NCBI GenBank assembly: GCA_964590105.1
Contig: CAZPYM010000005.1
Location: 19,015-83,014, forward strand
DNA from: an uncultured Gammaproteobacteria bacterium
Lineage (GTDB): Bacteria; Patescibacteriota; Patescibacteriia; UBA11705; JABHMO01
Length of the DNA stretch: 64,000 bases
Direction of reading: 5' to 3'
Shown here: one piece after another, positions 1 through 8,751 of the stretch
Numbering within the stretch: position 1 is the stretch's first letter
How the letters are laid out: each line of letters starts with the position of its first letter
The notes under the pieces: generated by a model
What the model saw: only the letters and a program-made list of their open reading frames with translations
What the model was told of the DNA's origin: nothing
Databases searched by the model: none
Position numbers and translations under genes: made by a program

Positions 1-127
1 TGGCGAAATTAGGAAGGCGGGTCTGCCGGTGCCGCCGGGTTTTGTGATTTTGGCCGGGGCATTTGAGCGATTCCTGACGGAAACAGATTTGAAAATGGAA
101 ATTGAAACCGCTCTGAAAAAGATTTGA
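1..127 (+). pseudogene. Truncated N-terminal fragment of a PEP/pyruvate-binding (PPDK_N) paralog, cut by the window edge
   Basis: Frame 2 reads GEIRKAGLPVPPGFVILAGAFERFLTETDLKMEIETALKKI*, closely matching the N-terminus of 1225..2220; stops at TGA 125-127. Confidence 0.7.
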
Positions 128-152
128 CCCCAGGAATAATTATTTTTATAGT

Positions 153-1244
153 ATGAAAATCTCAGATTTGAAAAACATTGAATACTGGGCGGAAGAATAC
201 AAGCTTCCTTTGTTTTTGCTTAGCAATAGCTCCGGGGCATTTTCTGATAATTTAATATTTCTTTACAAGAATAATACTATCGGTCTTTATGCTTTTGGAA
301 GTCGCAAAAAGGCTGATGAGCAAAAAGGGTATACTTATTTCATGAAAAAGGACGGGTTTCAAAAATATTTTTTCAGGGTAGAAAAAATTGAAAAATTAGT
401 TAACGCTTTTGTCGATCGAGTTAAAAAACAAAAATTAAAACAACTGGATAATCAAGAATTACAAAATTTATTTTGGGAAAGTCTACGGGTTTTAGAGAAA
501 TATGGCAAAGTGTATGACAAGGCAGAGCCGATTTACCTAAAAAAGTTTGAAAACATAAAAAATAGAAAAGTTCAAAGCAAATTAAATCAAGTCGCAAAAC
601 ATAGATTAAAATTAAAAAAGATGAGCAAGGATATTTTTTATGTTTTGATTGAAAAAATATTAAAAGAATTAGCCGGAAGATCTAGGGTAACGTTTAATGA
701 TTTGTACTTTTACACCATGGATGAGTTGGTTGCGCTATTATTAAAAAACAGAAAAGTAAATATTCAAAAAAGAAAAAATGGTTATATCTTATTCAAATTT
801 AAGGGTAAAAAAGAGATTATTGTTGGACAAAGCTTTATAAAATTTAAACAGTATATAGCAAAAAAAGAAAAATCAGATTTTCAAAACAAAGAGCTTTTTG
901 GCACGGTGGTTAGTAAAGGAAAAGTACAAGGCAGGGTTACTTTACTTTTACATAATAAAAAGAATTTAAATAAAGTGGTTAAAGCTTTTAAAAAAGGAAG
1001 TGTCTTGGTTACGGAAATGACTAGACCAGATTCAATTATGGCGTGTAAAAAGGCAAACGCAATCATTACCGATGAAGGTGGCATAACTTGTCACGCTGCA
1101 ATCATAAGCCGTGAATTCAAAATCCCCTGTGTTGTTGGGACAAAGATCGCAACCAAGGTTTTGAAAGATGGTGACTTGGTTGAAGTTGATGCTGATAAGG
1201 GAGTAATTAAAATTATAAAACAATATGTTAATGAAAAATTTTAA
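153..1244 (+). CDS. PEP-utilising enzyme mobile (phospho-His swivel) domain protein with unknown N-terminal domain
   Basis: C-terminal VLVTEMTRPD...ITDEGGITCHAAIISREFKIPCVVG motif. Confidence 0.85.
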   Translation: MKISDLKNIEYWAEEYKLPLFLLSNSSGAFSDNLIFLYKNNTIGLYAFGSRKKADEQKGYTYFMKKDGFQKYFFRVEKIEKLVNAFVDRVKKQKLKQLDNQELQNLFWESLRVLEKYGKVYDKAEPIYLKKFENIKNRKVQSKLNQVAKHRLKLKKMSKDIFYVLIEKILKELAGRSRVTFNDLYFYTMDELVALLLKNRKVNIQKRKNGYILFKFKGKKEIIVGQSFIKFKQYIAKKEKSDFQNKELFGTVVSKGKVQGRVTLLLHNKKNLNKVVKAFKKGSVLVTEMTRPDSIMACKKANAIITDEGGITCHAAIISREFKIPCVVGTKIATKVLKDGDLVEVDADKGVIKIIKQYVNEKF

Positions 1245-2220
1245 ACAACTCTCAAAAAAAGATGTCGCTTTGGCGGGTGGGAAAGGCGCTTCTCTTGGAG
1301 AAATGACCCAAGCGAAAATGCCGGTGCCAGCCGGTTTTGTGATTTTGGCCGGAGCTTTTGATCGGTTTTTGGCGGAAGCTGATTTAAAAATGGAAATTGA
1401 AAACGCTTTGAAAAAAGTAAATCCCGATAATATCAATTCCGTGGAAAAAGCTTCCAAAGCAATTCAGGACATGATTTATGATGCCATTATGCCGGAAGAT
1501 ATTGCCAGGAAAATTGAACGAGATTTTGCCAAGTTAAAAGCAACTTACGTGGCGGTTCGCAGTTCAGCTACAGCGGAAGATTCAGCCATTGCCAGCTGGG
1601 CAGGGGAGCTAGACAGTTATTTGAATGTTACAAAAAAGAATTTGCATGAATCTGTGAAAAAATGCTGGGCCTCGCTTTTTACGCCTCGAGCAATATTTTA
1701 TCGGTTTGAAAAACAATTACATAAACAAAAAGTTTCAGTAGCCGTAGTTGTTCAAAAAATGGTTCAGGCAGATGTTTCGGGAATTACTTTCACTGTTCAT
1801 CCAGTTACGGAAGATAGAAATCAAATGGTGATTGAGGCGGGCTGGGGATTGGGAGAGGCGATTGTTGGCGGGAAGATTACGCCGGATACTTATATCGTGA
1901 AAAAACCCAAAATTCAAAATCCAAAATCTAAAAGAAATTCAAAATTTAAAATTCCAAACTCAAGGAACCTTATAATAATGGATAAAAATGTTTCTGAACA
2001 AAAGATGATGGTTGTCCGGGGTGCGAAGGGGACGGTTGGAAAATCAGTGCCAAAAGCAAAACGCCATAAGCAGAAAGTCTCCGATAAACAGATTTTAAAG
2101 TTGGCTGAAATTTGTTTGGATATTGAAAAGCATTACAAAAAACCGCAGGATATTGAGTGGGCGATTGAGAAAAATAAGATTTATATTTTGCAGGCGAGGC
2201 CGATAACAACGTTGAAGTGA
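1225..2220 (+). CDS. Stand-alone PEP/pyruvate-binding ATP-grasp domain (PPDK_N, PpsA N-terminal-like)
   Basis: GGKGASLGEM, VAVRSSATAED, GLGEAIVGG, PQDIEWA, LQARPITT motifs; no His or pyruvate domain. Confidence 0.9.
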   Translation: MLMKNFKQLSKKDVALAGGKGASLGEMTQAKMPVPAGFVILAGAFDRFLAEADLKMEIENALKKVNPDNINSVEKASKAIQDMIYDAIMPEDIARKIERDFAKLKATYVAVRSSATAEDSAIASWAGELDSYLNVTKKNLHESVKKCWASLFTPRAIFYRFEKQLHKQKVSVAVVVQKMVQADVSGITFTVHPVTEDRNQMVIEAGWGLGEAIVGGKITPDTYIVKKPKIQNPKSKRNSKFKIPNSRNLIIMDKNVSEQKMMVVRGAKGTVGKSVPKAKRHKQKVSDKQILKLAEICLDIEKHYKKPQDIEWAIEKNKIYILQARPITTLK

Positions 2221-2257
2221 GAAAACGAGAAATCAAGAAAATAAAAAAACAATTATT

Positions 2258-3418
2258 ATGAAAAGCATAATACAGCAAATAAAAAAAACAAAGTGGTTCT
2301 TTGGCATCAGAAGAGAAGAGTCTTTGTTTTTTTATTCCGCCAAATATTATAATCGAGAAAAATTAACAAAAAGGCAATATGGGAGCAATTTTGTCGAGAG
2401 CGTTTTGTTTCCCAGGGAAAAGCATAATTTAATTAGGCTTTTTAATTTGAATCAATCTAAAATCTTTCATAGTGAATCAGAAAAAAAGATTTTAAAAGAC
2501 CCGACTGTTTTAGAGAAAAACATAAGCAAAGATTATACTTTGTGGAAGCGAATAGATGCGTTGAGTAATAAACTTAAAAATAGCATTAAACAAAATGATT
2601 ATAATTTTAGTTTGAAATTATTTAAAAAACTTATTGAAAAATACGGCGTTTACGGGACAGACTTTTTTGTTATATTTTCACAAGGCATGAAGCTTGAACA
2701 AAACAAAGACAACGTCAACAAATCTGCGTTAAGAAGTCTTGAGAAACATAACAAGTGGAGAAACACAGTTGCTTTTGAAGAAGAAAAGTTAGGCAAGGTC
2801 CTGTTTTGTTTTATAAAGTTTTTAACAAAAAAAACTGGTTTAAAAGTAGCGCCGCTTCAATTAATGAAGTATTTGTCAGTAAGGGAAGTAATTGGTTTTG
2901 CAGAAGGACGAATTAATAATAAACAAATTGAGAGTAAAGTAAAAGCCAGAAAGCAAAATGGTTGCGCGTTTTTTTATTTAAGAAACAAAAAATATCAAGG
3001 CATAGTGATTGACGATAAAAAAACAACAAAACAATTAACCAGTCATTTTTCAAAGTTGTTAAAAGTTCAAAAAGCACAGTCATTAAATGGCATTATTGGG
3101 CAGTCAGCGTTTAGTGCAAAGAATAAAGTTAAAGGCGAGATTATTGTTATAAAAGATAAAAATATTTTGCAAAAAATAAAACCAAATCTTGCCAATAAAA
3201 TTTTAGTTACTACGCAGACTTCGCCACATTTTCTTCCTTATCTTAAAAAAGTTAAAGCAATTATTACAGATGAGGGCGGCATTACTTCGCATGCGGCAAT
3301 TATTTCGCGAGAATTTAAAATTCCTTGCATCATTGGTACGCAAAATGCCACGCGGGTGTTGAAAAATAATGATATGGTGGAACTGGATTTGAAATGCGGC
3401 ACTATTAAAATATTATAG
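2258..3418 (+). CDS. Second PEP-utilising mobile-domain protein with unknown N-terminal domain
   Basis: C-terminal ITDEGGITSHAAIISREFKIPCIIG. Confidence 0.85.
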   Translation: MKSIIQQIKKTKWFFGIRREESLFFYSAKYYNREKLTKRQYGSNFVESVLFPREKHNLIRLFNLNQSKIFHSESEKKILKDPTVLEKNISKDYTLWKRIDALSNKLKNSIKQNDYNFSLKLFKKLIEKYGVYGTDFFVIFSQGMKLEQNKDNVNKSALRSLEKHNKWRNTVAFEEEKLGKVLFCFIKFLTKKTGLKVAPLQLMKYLSVREVIGFAEGRINNKQIESKVKARKQNGCAFFYLRNKKYQGIVIDDKKTTKQLTSHFSKLLKVQKAQSLNGIIGQSAFSAKNKVKGEIIVIKDKNILQKIKPNLANKILVTTQTSPHFLPYLKKVKAIITDEGGITSHAAIISREFKIPCIIGTQNATRVLKNNDMVELDLKCGTIKIL

Positions 3419-3482
3419 AATTATTTCGATAATGTAAGGGCTCAAGATTTTGAACCTTTACAGCATTGGAGAGATTTTTTTG

Positions 3483-3521
3483 AAAAAAAACAGCGGCTTA
3501 CCAAGGTGTGGTAAACCGCTG
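3483..3521 (-). terminator. Intrinsic terminator of 3539..4159
   Basis: Hairpin cagcgg-c-ttacca/tggtaa-a-ccgctg followed by T8 on the minus strand. Confidence 0.7.
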
Positions 3522-3538
3522 CATGTTGCGGTCGAGTT

Positions 3539-4159
3539 CTAGGCGAACTCTACGACACGGTAGCAACCGAGTCCGAGAGCATCGGTTGGCCGAGTGCCCG
3601 TGAGTCCCTCGACGATCAGGCGATCGTGAGGGCTGTGGTTGATGATGATGGTGAGCTCTTCGTTGCCCTCCCTCGTTGCCGTCAACACACGAGCAACCGG
3701 AGCCTTGAGCAGGGGGAGGTGAAGACGAAGCAAGGCTTCATCCCAGCCGAGCTCAGCGGCGGCTTTCTGGAAGGCCGTATCCTGGCGCAGTGAACGCCAG
3801 ATCGGGCCGTCTTCAGCCGAGGAATAGAAGTCCGTCCGGATTTCTTCCCTCGGGAAACAGAAGCCTCCTTGTCGTCCGGCTTCCTTCAGCCAGCCGGCGA
3901 ACCTGAGATCTTCCTGGATGACACGCAGGGTGTCAAGCCCGCGCAGGCTGCCGCTGACCAGGAAGGCGATCTTCAGCGGCGGATTCATGTCAAAGGGGTC
4001 GTAGCGGAACACCTCGCAAATGACACGGTAAACTTCAGCGGTCATTTTGCGCATTTCTTCGCGAACCCTTTTCTTTCCATTTTCGGTCAGCGGGCCGTCA
4101 TTGGCCATCTGTTTCTCGTAGTCGCCATGTCTGAAAATCACTGCAATTCGTTTTTCCAT
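3539..4159 (-). CDS. Histidine phosphatase superfamily (RHG motif) protein, GC-rich
   Basis: IFRHGDY...GPLTENG...R..T...IIINHSP pattern; GGAGG SD. Confidence 0.65.
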   Translation of the reverse strand: MEKRIAVIFRHGDYEKQMANDGPLTENGKKRVREEMRKMTAEVYRVICEVFRYDPFDMNPPLKIAFLVSGSLRGLDTLRVIQEDLRFAGWLKEAGRQGGFCFPREEIRTDFYSSAEDGPIWRSLRQDTAFQKAAAELGWDEALLRLHLPLLKAPVARVLTATREGNEELTIIINHSPHDRLIVEGLTGTRPTDALGLGCYRVVEFA

Positions 4160-4203
4160 CTAGATCCTCCATGTTGAAAAAGTACAAATCTGACTAACTA
4201 CAG

Positions 4204-4232
4204 AGTATATCAAATTTTTTAGAAAAAGTCAA
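4204..4232 (-). promoter_or_regulatory. Sigma70 promoter TTGACT-N17-TATACT
   Basis: -35 at 4232-4227, -10 at 4209-4204, upstream of 3539..4159. Confidence 0.7.
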
Positions 4233-4327
4233 GGGTTATTTTGGTGTTTATTGTAAATTTAGATAAATTGTTCGGATTAAATCGGTAAATTAACATGCAA
4301 ATTATAAGGAATTGAAGATGAATATTA

Positions 4328-4963
4328 ATGGTAGAAAAATTTCAAAATAAATACAGGATCGCGACAACCCGCATGCAAAATTGGGATTATTCATCGGATG
4401 GATTTTATTTCATCACCATTTGCACGTGTAATAGAATAGAATATTTCGGGAATGTTATTGATGCAAAAATGGAATTAAATGAATATGGGAAGATTGCGGA
4501 TATGTTTTGGTTGGAAATGATAGAACATTTTCCGTTTGTTGAATCGGATGAATATGTCGTAATGCCAAATCATGTGCATGGGATTATTCGTATTAACAAT
4601 CCCGATTTTTTGACGGAAATAATTCATGAAAATGGTCATGCCGGCGTTGTAGAGACAATTCATGACAATGGTCATGCCGGCGTTGTAGAGACAATTCATG
4701 AATTGTCTCTACAACAACCGGGGGCGACGTGTATTTCCCGTCGCCAAATGTTATTGTCAAAAATAATCGGTCGGTATAAAATGCAATCGGCGAAACAGAT
4801 CAATCAATTGCGCGAAACAACAGGCCAACCATTTTGGCAATCGCGGTTTTATGACCATATAATACGAAATCAGGAATCATTGGAACGGATAAGGCATTAT
4901 ATAAGAGTGAATCCTGAAAAATGGTTTAGGGATAGAAATAACGAATTCGGATTAAATATGTAA
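4328..4963 (+). mobile_element. REP-associated tyrosine transposase (Y1/IS200-like HUH, RAYT)
   Basis: WDYSSDGFYFITICT, VVMPNHVHGII (HUH), FWQSRFYDHIIR, YIRVNP motifs. Confidence 0.9.
4621..4715. repeat. 36-bp tandem repeat ending in a perfect 34-bp GTAG-type REP palindrome inside the RAYT ORF
   Basis: gttgtagagacaattca|tgaattgtctctacaac at 4682-4715; repeated peptide NGHAGVVETIH. Confidence 0.85.
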
Positions 4964-4974
4964 TTCTTTTTAAT

Positions 4975-5667
4975 ATGATAACCCAAATAAAATTCGAATT
5001 AAAAAAATACGCCCGACCGGATAAAGTCGCCATTTTCCAAAATTTTTTTAAAACCGGCAAAGGGCAATATGGCGAGGGTGATGTTTTCATTGGCGTGAAT
5101 GTACCGGATACAAGATTGGTCGCAAAAAAATATAAAGATGCGCCATTGAGCGTGGTTGAAAAATTATTCAAATCAAAAATTCATGAGGAACGCTTGCTCG
5201 GCGTTTTTATTCTGGTGCAAAAATATGAAAAAATAAACAACGATACGATAGTCGAATTTTATTTGAAGCACAATCAGAAAATTAACAACTGGGATCTGGT
5301 GGATATGAGCGCGCCGAATATTGTCGGGCATTATTATTTTAATAAAAATAGAAGTCCATTGCGCCGACTGGCAAAATCTGATAACCTTTGGGAAAGGCGT
5401 ACCGCCATTATTGCCACATTTTATTTTATTCGAAGGGGACAGTTTGATGAAACCCTGGCAATCGCGCAGATATTATTGAACGATAAACATGACCTGATTC
5501 ACAAAGCTGTCGGCTGGATGCTCCGTGAGGTCGGCAATCGCGAGAGAAAAGTTGAAGAAGAATTTTTAATAAAGCATTATCGGAAAATGCCACGGACAAT
5601 GTTGCGCTATGCGATTGAAAAATTTGAAGAACCTTTGAGACTGAAGTATTTGAAAGGGATAGTTTGA
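4975..5667 (+). CDS. alkD: DNA alkylation repair glycosylase, AlkD family
   Basis: FFKTGKGQYGEGD, NNWDLVD, WERR, HKAVGWMLRE, RTMLRYAIE motifs. Confidence 0.85.
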   Translation: MITQIKFELKKYARPDKVAIFQNFFKTGKGQYGEGDVFIGVNVPDTRLVAKKYKDAPLSVVEKLFKSKIHEERLLGVFILVQKYEKINNDTIVEFYLKHNQKINNWDLVDMSAPNIVGHYYFNKNRSPLRRLAKSDNLWERRTAIIATFYFIRRGQFDETLAIAQILLNDKHDLIHKAVGWMLREVGNRERKVEEEFLIKHYRKMPRTMLRYAIEKFEEPLRLKYLKGIV

Positions 5668-5700
5668 ATTATGAATTATGACGTATGAATTGTGAATTAA
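5665..5700. repeat. Degenerate heptamer tandem repeat (TGAATTA)n
   Basis: tgaatta tgaatta tgacgta tgaattg tgaatta. Confidence 0.75.
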
Positions 5701-5745
5701 GTTTAAAGACAAATTTACAAATATTATAAATAAGAAGAAAACATT

Positions 5746-6351
5746 ATGAAAAAGATTTATTTGCTGGCAAGTTTGATTCTAGTTTTTGGTTTAACCGCCT
5801 GCACAAGCGTTGCACCTGACCAGCCAAAAGTTGATTCGGAAAAAGTAAACATTGAAAAGGAAGTTAAAAAAGCAACAACCGAAGCCGATACAGTTGAAAA
5901 TGACGGCCTTGAACAAGTCGAAACGCCAGAGTACGATTTGACCGGCTGGCGTGATTTTGAATCAAAGGTTGTTCCGGTGAAGTTTAAGTATCACAAAAAT
6001 TGGTATTACGGCCAAATCAAAACTGAAGCTGATTTCAAGTTGTACCGTTTTGCCGCGACTGAGGATGAGCTATCTGCGGAATATATCAATCCGGAAATAG
6101 CTGAGTATATTGAATTGTATATGTCTGAGGTGAATGCGGTGTCAGACGAATTTTTGACTGAGAATTCAGATAACCCAACTTATAACGAGAAAAAACTTTC
6201 AAATGGGGCAACTTTGGTTTCGGTTGACCTTGGTGATTATAAAACGTATCGTTTAGTGAAAGATAATCAAGCATTTGAATTCAGAGCTTACCAAGAGGAA
6301 CATAATGAGATTTTAGATAAGATGATTTCGACATTAAAATTTGTAGAGTAG
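5746..6351 (+). CDS. Putative lipoprotein
   Basis: MKK + hydrophobic stretch + LTAC lipobox; acidic mature region. Confidence 0.7.
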   Translation: MKKIYLLASLILVFGLTACTSVAPDQPKVDSEKVNIEKEVKKATTEADTVENDGLEQVETPEYDLTGWRDFESKVVPVKFKYHKNWYYGQIKTEADFKLYRFAATEDELSAEYINPEIAEYIELYMSEVNAVSDEFLTENSDNPTYNEKKLSNGATLVSVDLGDYKTYRLVKDNQAFEFRAYQEEHNEILDKMISTLKFVE

Positions 6352-6368
6352 CGAGTGGTGAATGATTT

Positions 6369-7625
6369 ATGCCAATAATTAAAATTGAAAAACTGGTAGC
6401 GGGCGGGCAGGGGCTGGCCAGACACGATGGCTGTGTTTATTTTGTCTGGGATGCATTGCCGGGAGAAGAAGTGGAAGTTGAAGTGATAAAAAAGAAAAAA
6501 AACTATGCTGAGGCTGTGGTCACAAAAGTTATTTCAGCTTCGCCCGAAAGAATAGAATCGCGGGAAGCGCATTATTTGAATTGCAGTCCTTGGCAGATTT
6601 TATCCTGGCCGGAAGAATTAAAGTGGAAAAAAATAATCGCCACGGAAAATTTTTTACGGCTGGCAAAGATTGAATTGCCGGCGGATTTGCAAATCGTGGC
6701 GGATAAAAAAAATCAATATCATTATCGCAATAAAATCGAATTCAATTTTATTTATTGCCGAAGCGAATTGCATTTGGCACTTTTTGAACGAAAAACCAAT
6801 GAGCTGCGACTTGTTGAGGAATGTTGCTTGGCGGATGAAAAGTTGAACGATGCGGCCAAAAATATTTTGGCGTGGCTGAATACGCGAGTTGATGCGAAAA
6901 ACTTTCAAAAGTTGGTAGTGCGAGGCGACAGCGGCGGCAGAATATTGGCAGGATTATATGCCAGGAATAAAATTAGTGATTTTATTTGTCCTTTGCTGGA
7001 CAAAACATTGGTTGGCGTGAGTTTTTTTCAGTGGAGCGGCGATGATAATTGGCGGTTGGAACGTCAATTGGGCGAAAATTATCTGGCGGAAACAATAAAT
7101 AACATAGAACTTCGCTATGGAATTGAAAGTTTTTTTCAGATAAACACGCTGATTTTCAAGATAGCTATTGACGACATGGCCGGATTCATTGATTCAAATG
7201 ACAGCGTACTTGATTTTTACTCGGGCGTCGGTTCAATCAGTCTCATGCTCGCCAAAAAGTTCAAAACTGGGCAATTGATCGAATCGAACGATGAAGCGGC
7301 AGGATTTGCCGAGCAAAATATTGAATTGAATAAAATTAAGAATTGCCGGGCGAAAAGAGTGAGAGCGGAAGAAGCCGCTGATTTGATCAGCGCAGAAAAC
7401 GTTGTGCTCCTGGATCCGCCGCGCGCCGGATTGGAGAAAATATTGACGGCGGAGATTATCAAGAAACAACCAAAGCGTTTAATTTATTTATCTTGCGATA
7501 TCGCCACGCAAGCGAGAGACATTGCGCAGTTAAAAGATTTTTATAATCTGGAGTTTATAAAATTGTATAACTTTTTCCCGCGCACGCCGCATATAGAAAG
7601 TTTAGTTATTCTAGATAAAATATGA
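6369..7625 (+). CDS. rlmD: 23S rRNA m5U methyltransferase, RlmD/TrmA family with TRAM domain
   Basis: ALPGEEV (TRAM), SFFQIN, LDFYSGVG, LDPPRAG, YLSC, FPRTPHIE. Confidence 0.85.
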   Translation: MPIIKIEKLVAGGQGLARHDGCVYFVWDALPGEEVEVEVIKKKKNYAEAVVTKVISASPERIESREAHYLNCSPWQILSWPEELKWKKIIATENFLRLAKIELPADLQIVADKKNQYHYRNKIEFNFIYCRSELHLALFERKTNELRLVEECCLADEKLNDAAKNILAWLNTRVDAKNFQKLVVRGDSGGRILAGLYARNKISDFICPLLDKTLVGVSFFQWSGDDNWRLERQLGENYLAETINNIELRYGIESFFQINTLIFKIAIDDMAGFIDSNDSVLDFYSGVGSISLMLAKKFKTGQLIESNDEAAGFAEQNIELNKIKNCRAKRVRAEEAADLISAENVVLLDPPRAGLEKILTAEIIKKQPKRLIYLSCDIATQARDIAQLKDFYNLEFIKLYNFFPRTPHIESLVILDKI

Positions 7626-8047
7626 AAATTACTATTTGTAGCAGTTTGTCTTTTGTTGAGGATGTAATAAAAGTTCGAGATAAACTGGTTCAATGTGGCC
7701 ATGATGTTTTGTTGCCGGAATCTATGAATGAATGTATAGTTTTGGGGGTAAAAGATGCAAAAGCATACTCAAAAGAAAAGCAAGATCAAAGTGTTCAAAA
7801 TATTACTGATAAAATGCGTTTACATTTTGAAAAAATAAAAGATTCAGATGCAATTTTGGTTTTTAATCATTTTAAAAAGGAAGTTGAAAATTATATCGGT
7901 CCAAGCAGTTTTTTGGAAATGGGAATTGCTTTACATTACGGAAAGAAAATCTTTTTGTTAAACCCAATTCCAGATATGGGACTTAGGGATGAAGTTCATG
8001 CTATGCAGCCGGTAATTTTAAATGGAGATTTAAGTTTAATAAAATGA
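7622..8047 (+). CDS. Nucleoside 2-deoxyribosyltransferase-like protein
   Basis: KITICSS...IKDSDAILVFN...YIGPSSFLEMGIA...GKKIFLLN pattern. Confidence 0.55.
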   Translation: MKITICSSLSFVEDVIKVRDKLVQCGHDVLLPESMNECIVLGVKDAKAYSKEKQDQSVQNITDKMRLHFEKIKDSDAILVFNHFKKEVENYIGPSSFLEMGIALHYGKKIFLLNPIPDMGLRDEVHAMQPVILNGDLSLIK

Positions 8048-8685
8048 AACTTGAAGGAATAGTTACAATCAATAAACCAAAAGGACCGACTTCGCATGAT
8101 ATTGTCGATCAGGTTAGGAGGTTAACCGGCGAAAGGCGCGTCGGGCACGCGGGAACGCTCGACCCCCTGGCAAGCGGTGTTTTAGTTGTCGCTATTGGAA
8201 GAGAAAATACAAAAAAAATAAACGAAATTGTGAAAACCGAGAAAGAATATGTTGCCAAGATTAAATTAGGTGAAACGAGCAATACTGATGATGAAGAAGG
8301 AGAAAAAGTTAAAATTTTGAATGTAAAAGGTAAAAGTATTGAAGACATAAAACAAATATTTGGTGGTTTTGTAGGAGAAATTAAACAGGTGCCGCCGGTG
8401 TTCAGCGCTATTAAATTAAAAGGCAAAAAATCATATGAGTTGGCGAGAAAAGGAAAGGCGGTTGCGCTCGAACCAAGAAAAGTTTTAATAAAGCAAATTG
8501 AACTTCTTGAGTATGAATGGCCCTACTTGGAAATTAAAGTTGTTTGCGGGCCTGGTGTTTATATTCGCGCTCTGGCCAGAGATATTGGCGAAAAATTGAA
8601 AACTGGGGCATATTTGGCAGAGCTGCAAAGAACCCGAGTCGGTGATTATACGATAGAACAGGCGATTGACTTGGATAAAATATAA
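8044..8685 (+). CDS. truB: tRNA pseudouridine(55) synthase (short form)
   Basis: KPKGPTSHD, GHAGTLDPLASG, GVYIRALARD, LQRTRVG. Confidence 0.95.
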   Translation: MKLEGIVTINKPKGPTSHDIVDQVRRLTGERRVGHAGTLDPLASGVLVVAIGRENTKKINEIVKTEKEYVAKIKLGETSNTDDEEGEKVKILNVKGKSIEDIKQIFGGFVGEIKQVPPVFSAIKLKGKKSYELARKGKAVALEPRKVLIKQIELLEYEWPYLEIKVVCGPGVYIRALARDIGEKLKTGAYLAELQRTRVGDYTIEQAIDLDKI

Positions 8686-8751
8686 TTAACACCTAAAATT
8701 TAAGTTAATTGCTATTTTGGTGTATAATATAAAGGAACTAAAATTCATTTT

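Noticed and set aside
4621-4715. CRISPR array (36-bp period)
   Set aside because: Contiguous tandem units with no unique spacers, inside an ORF, no cas genes
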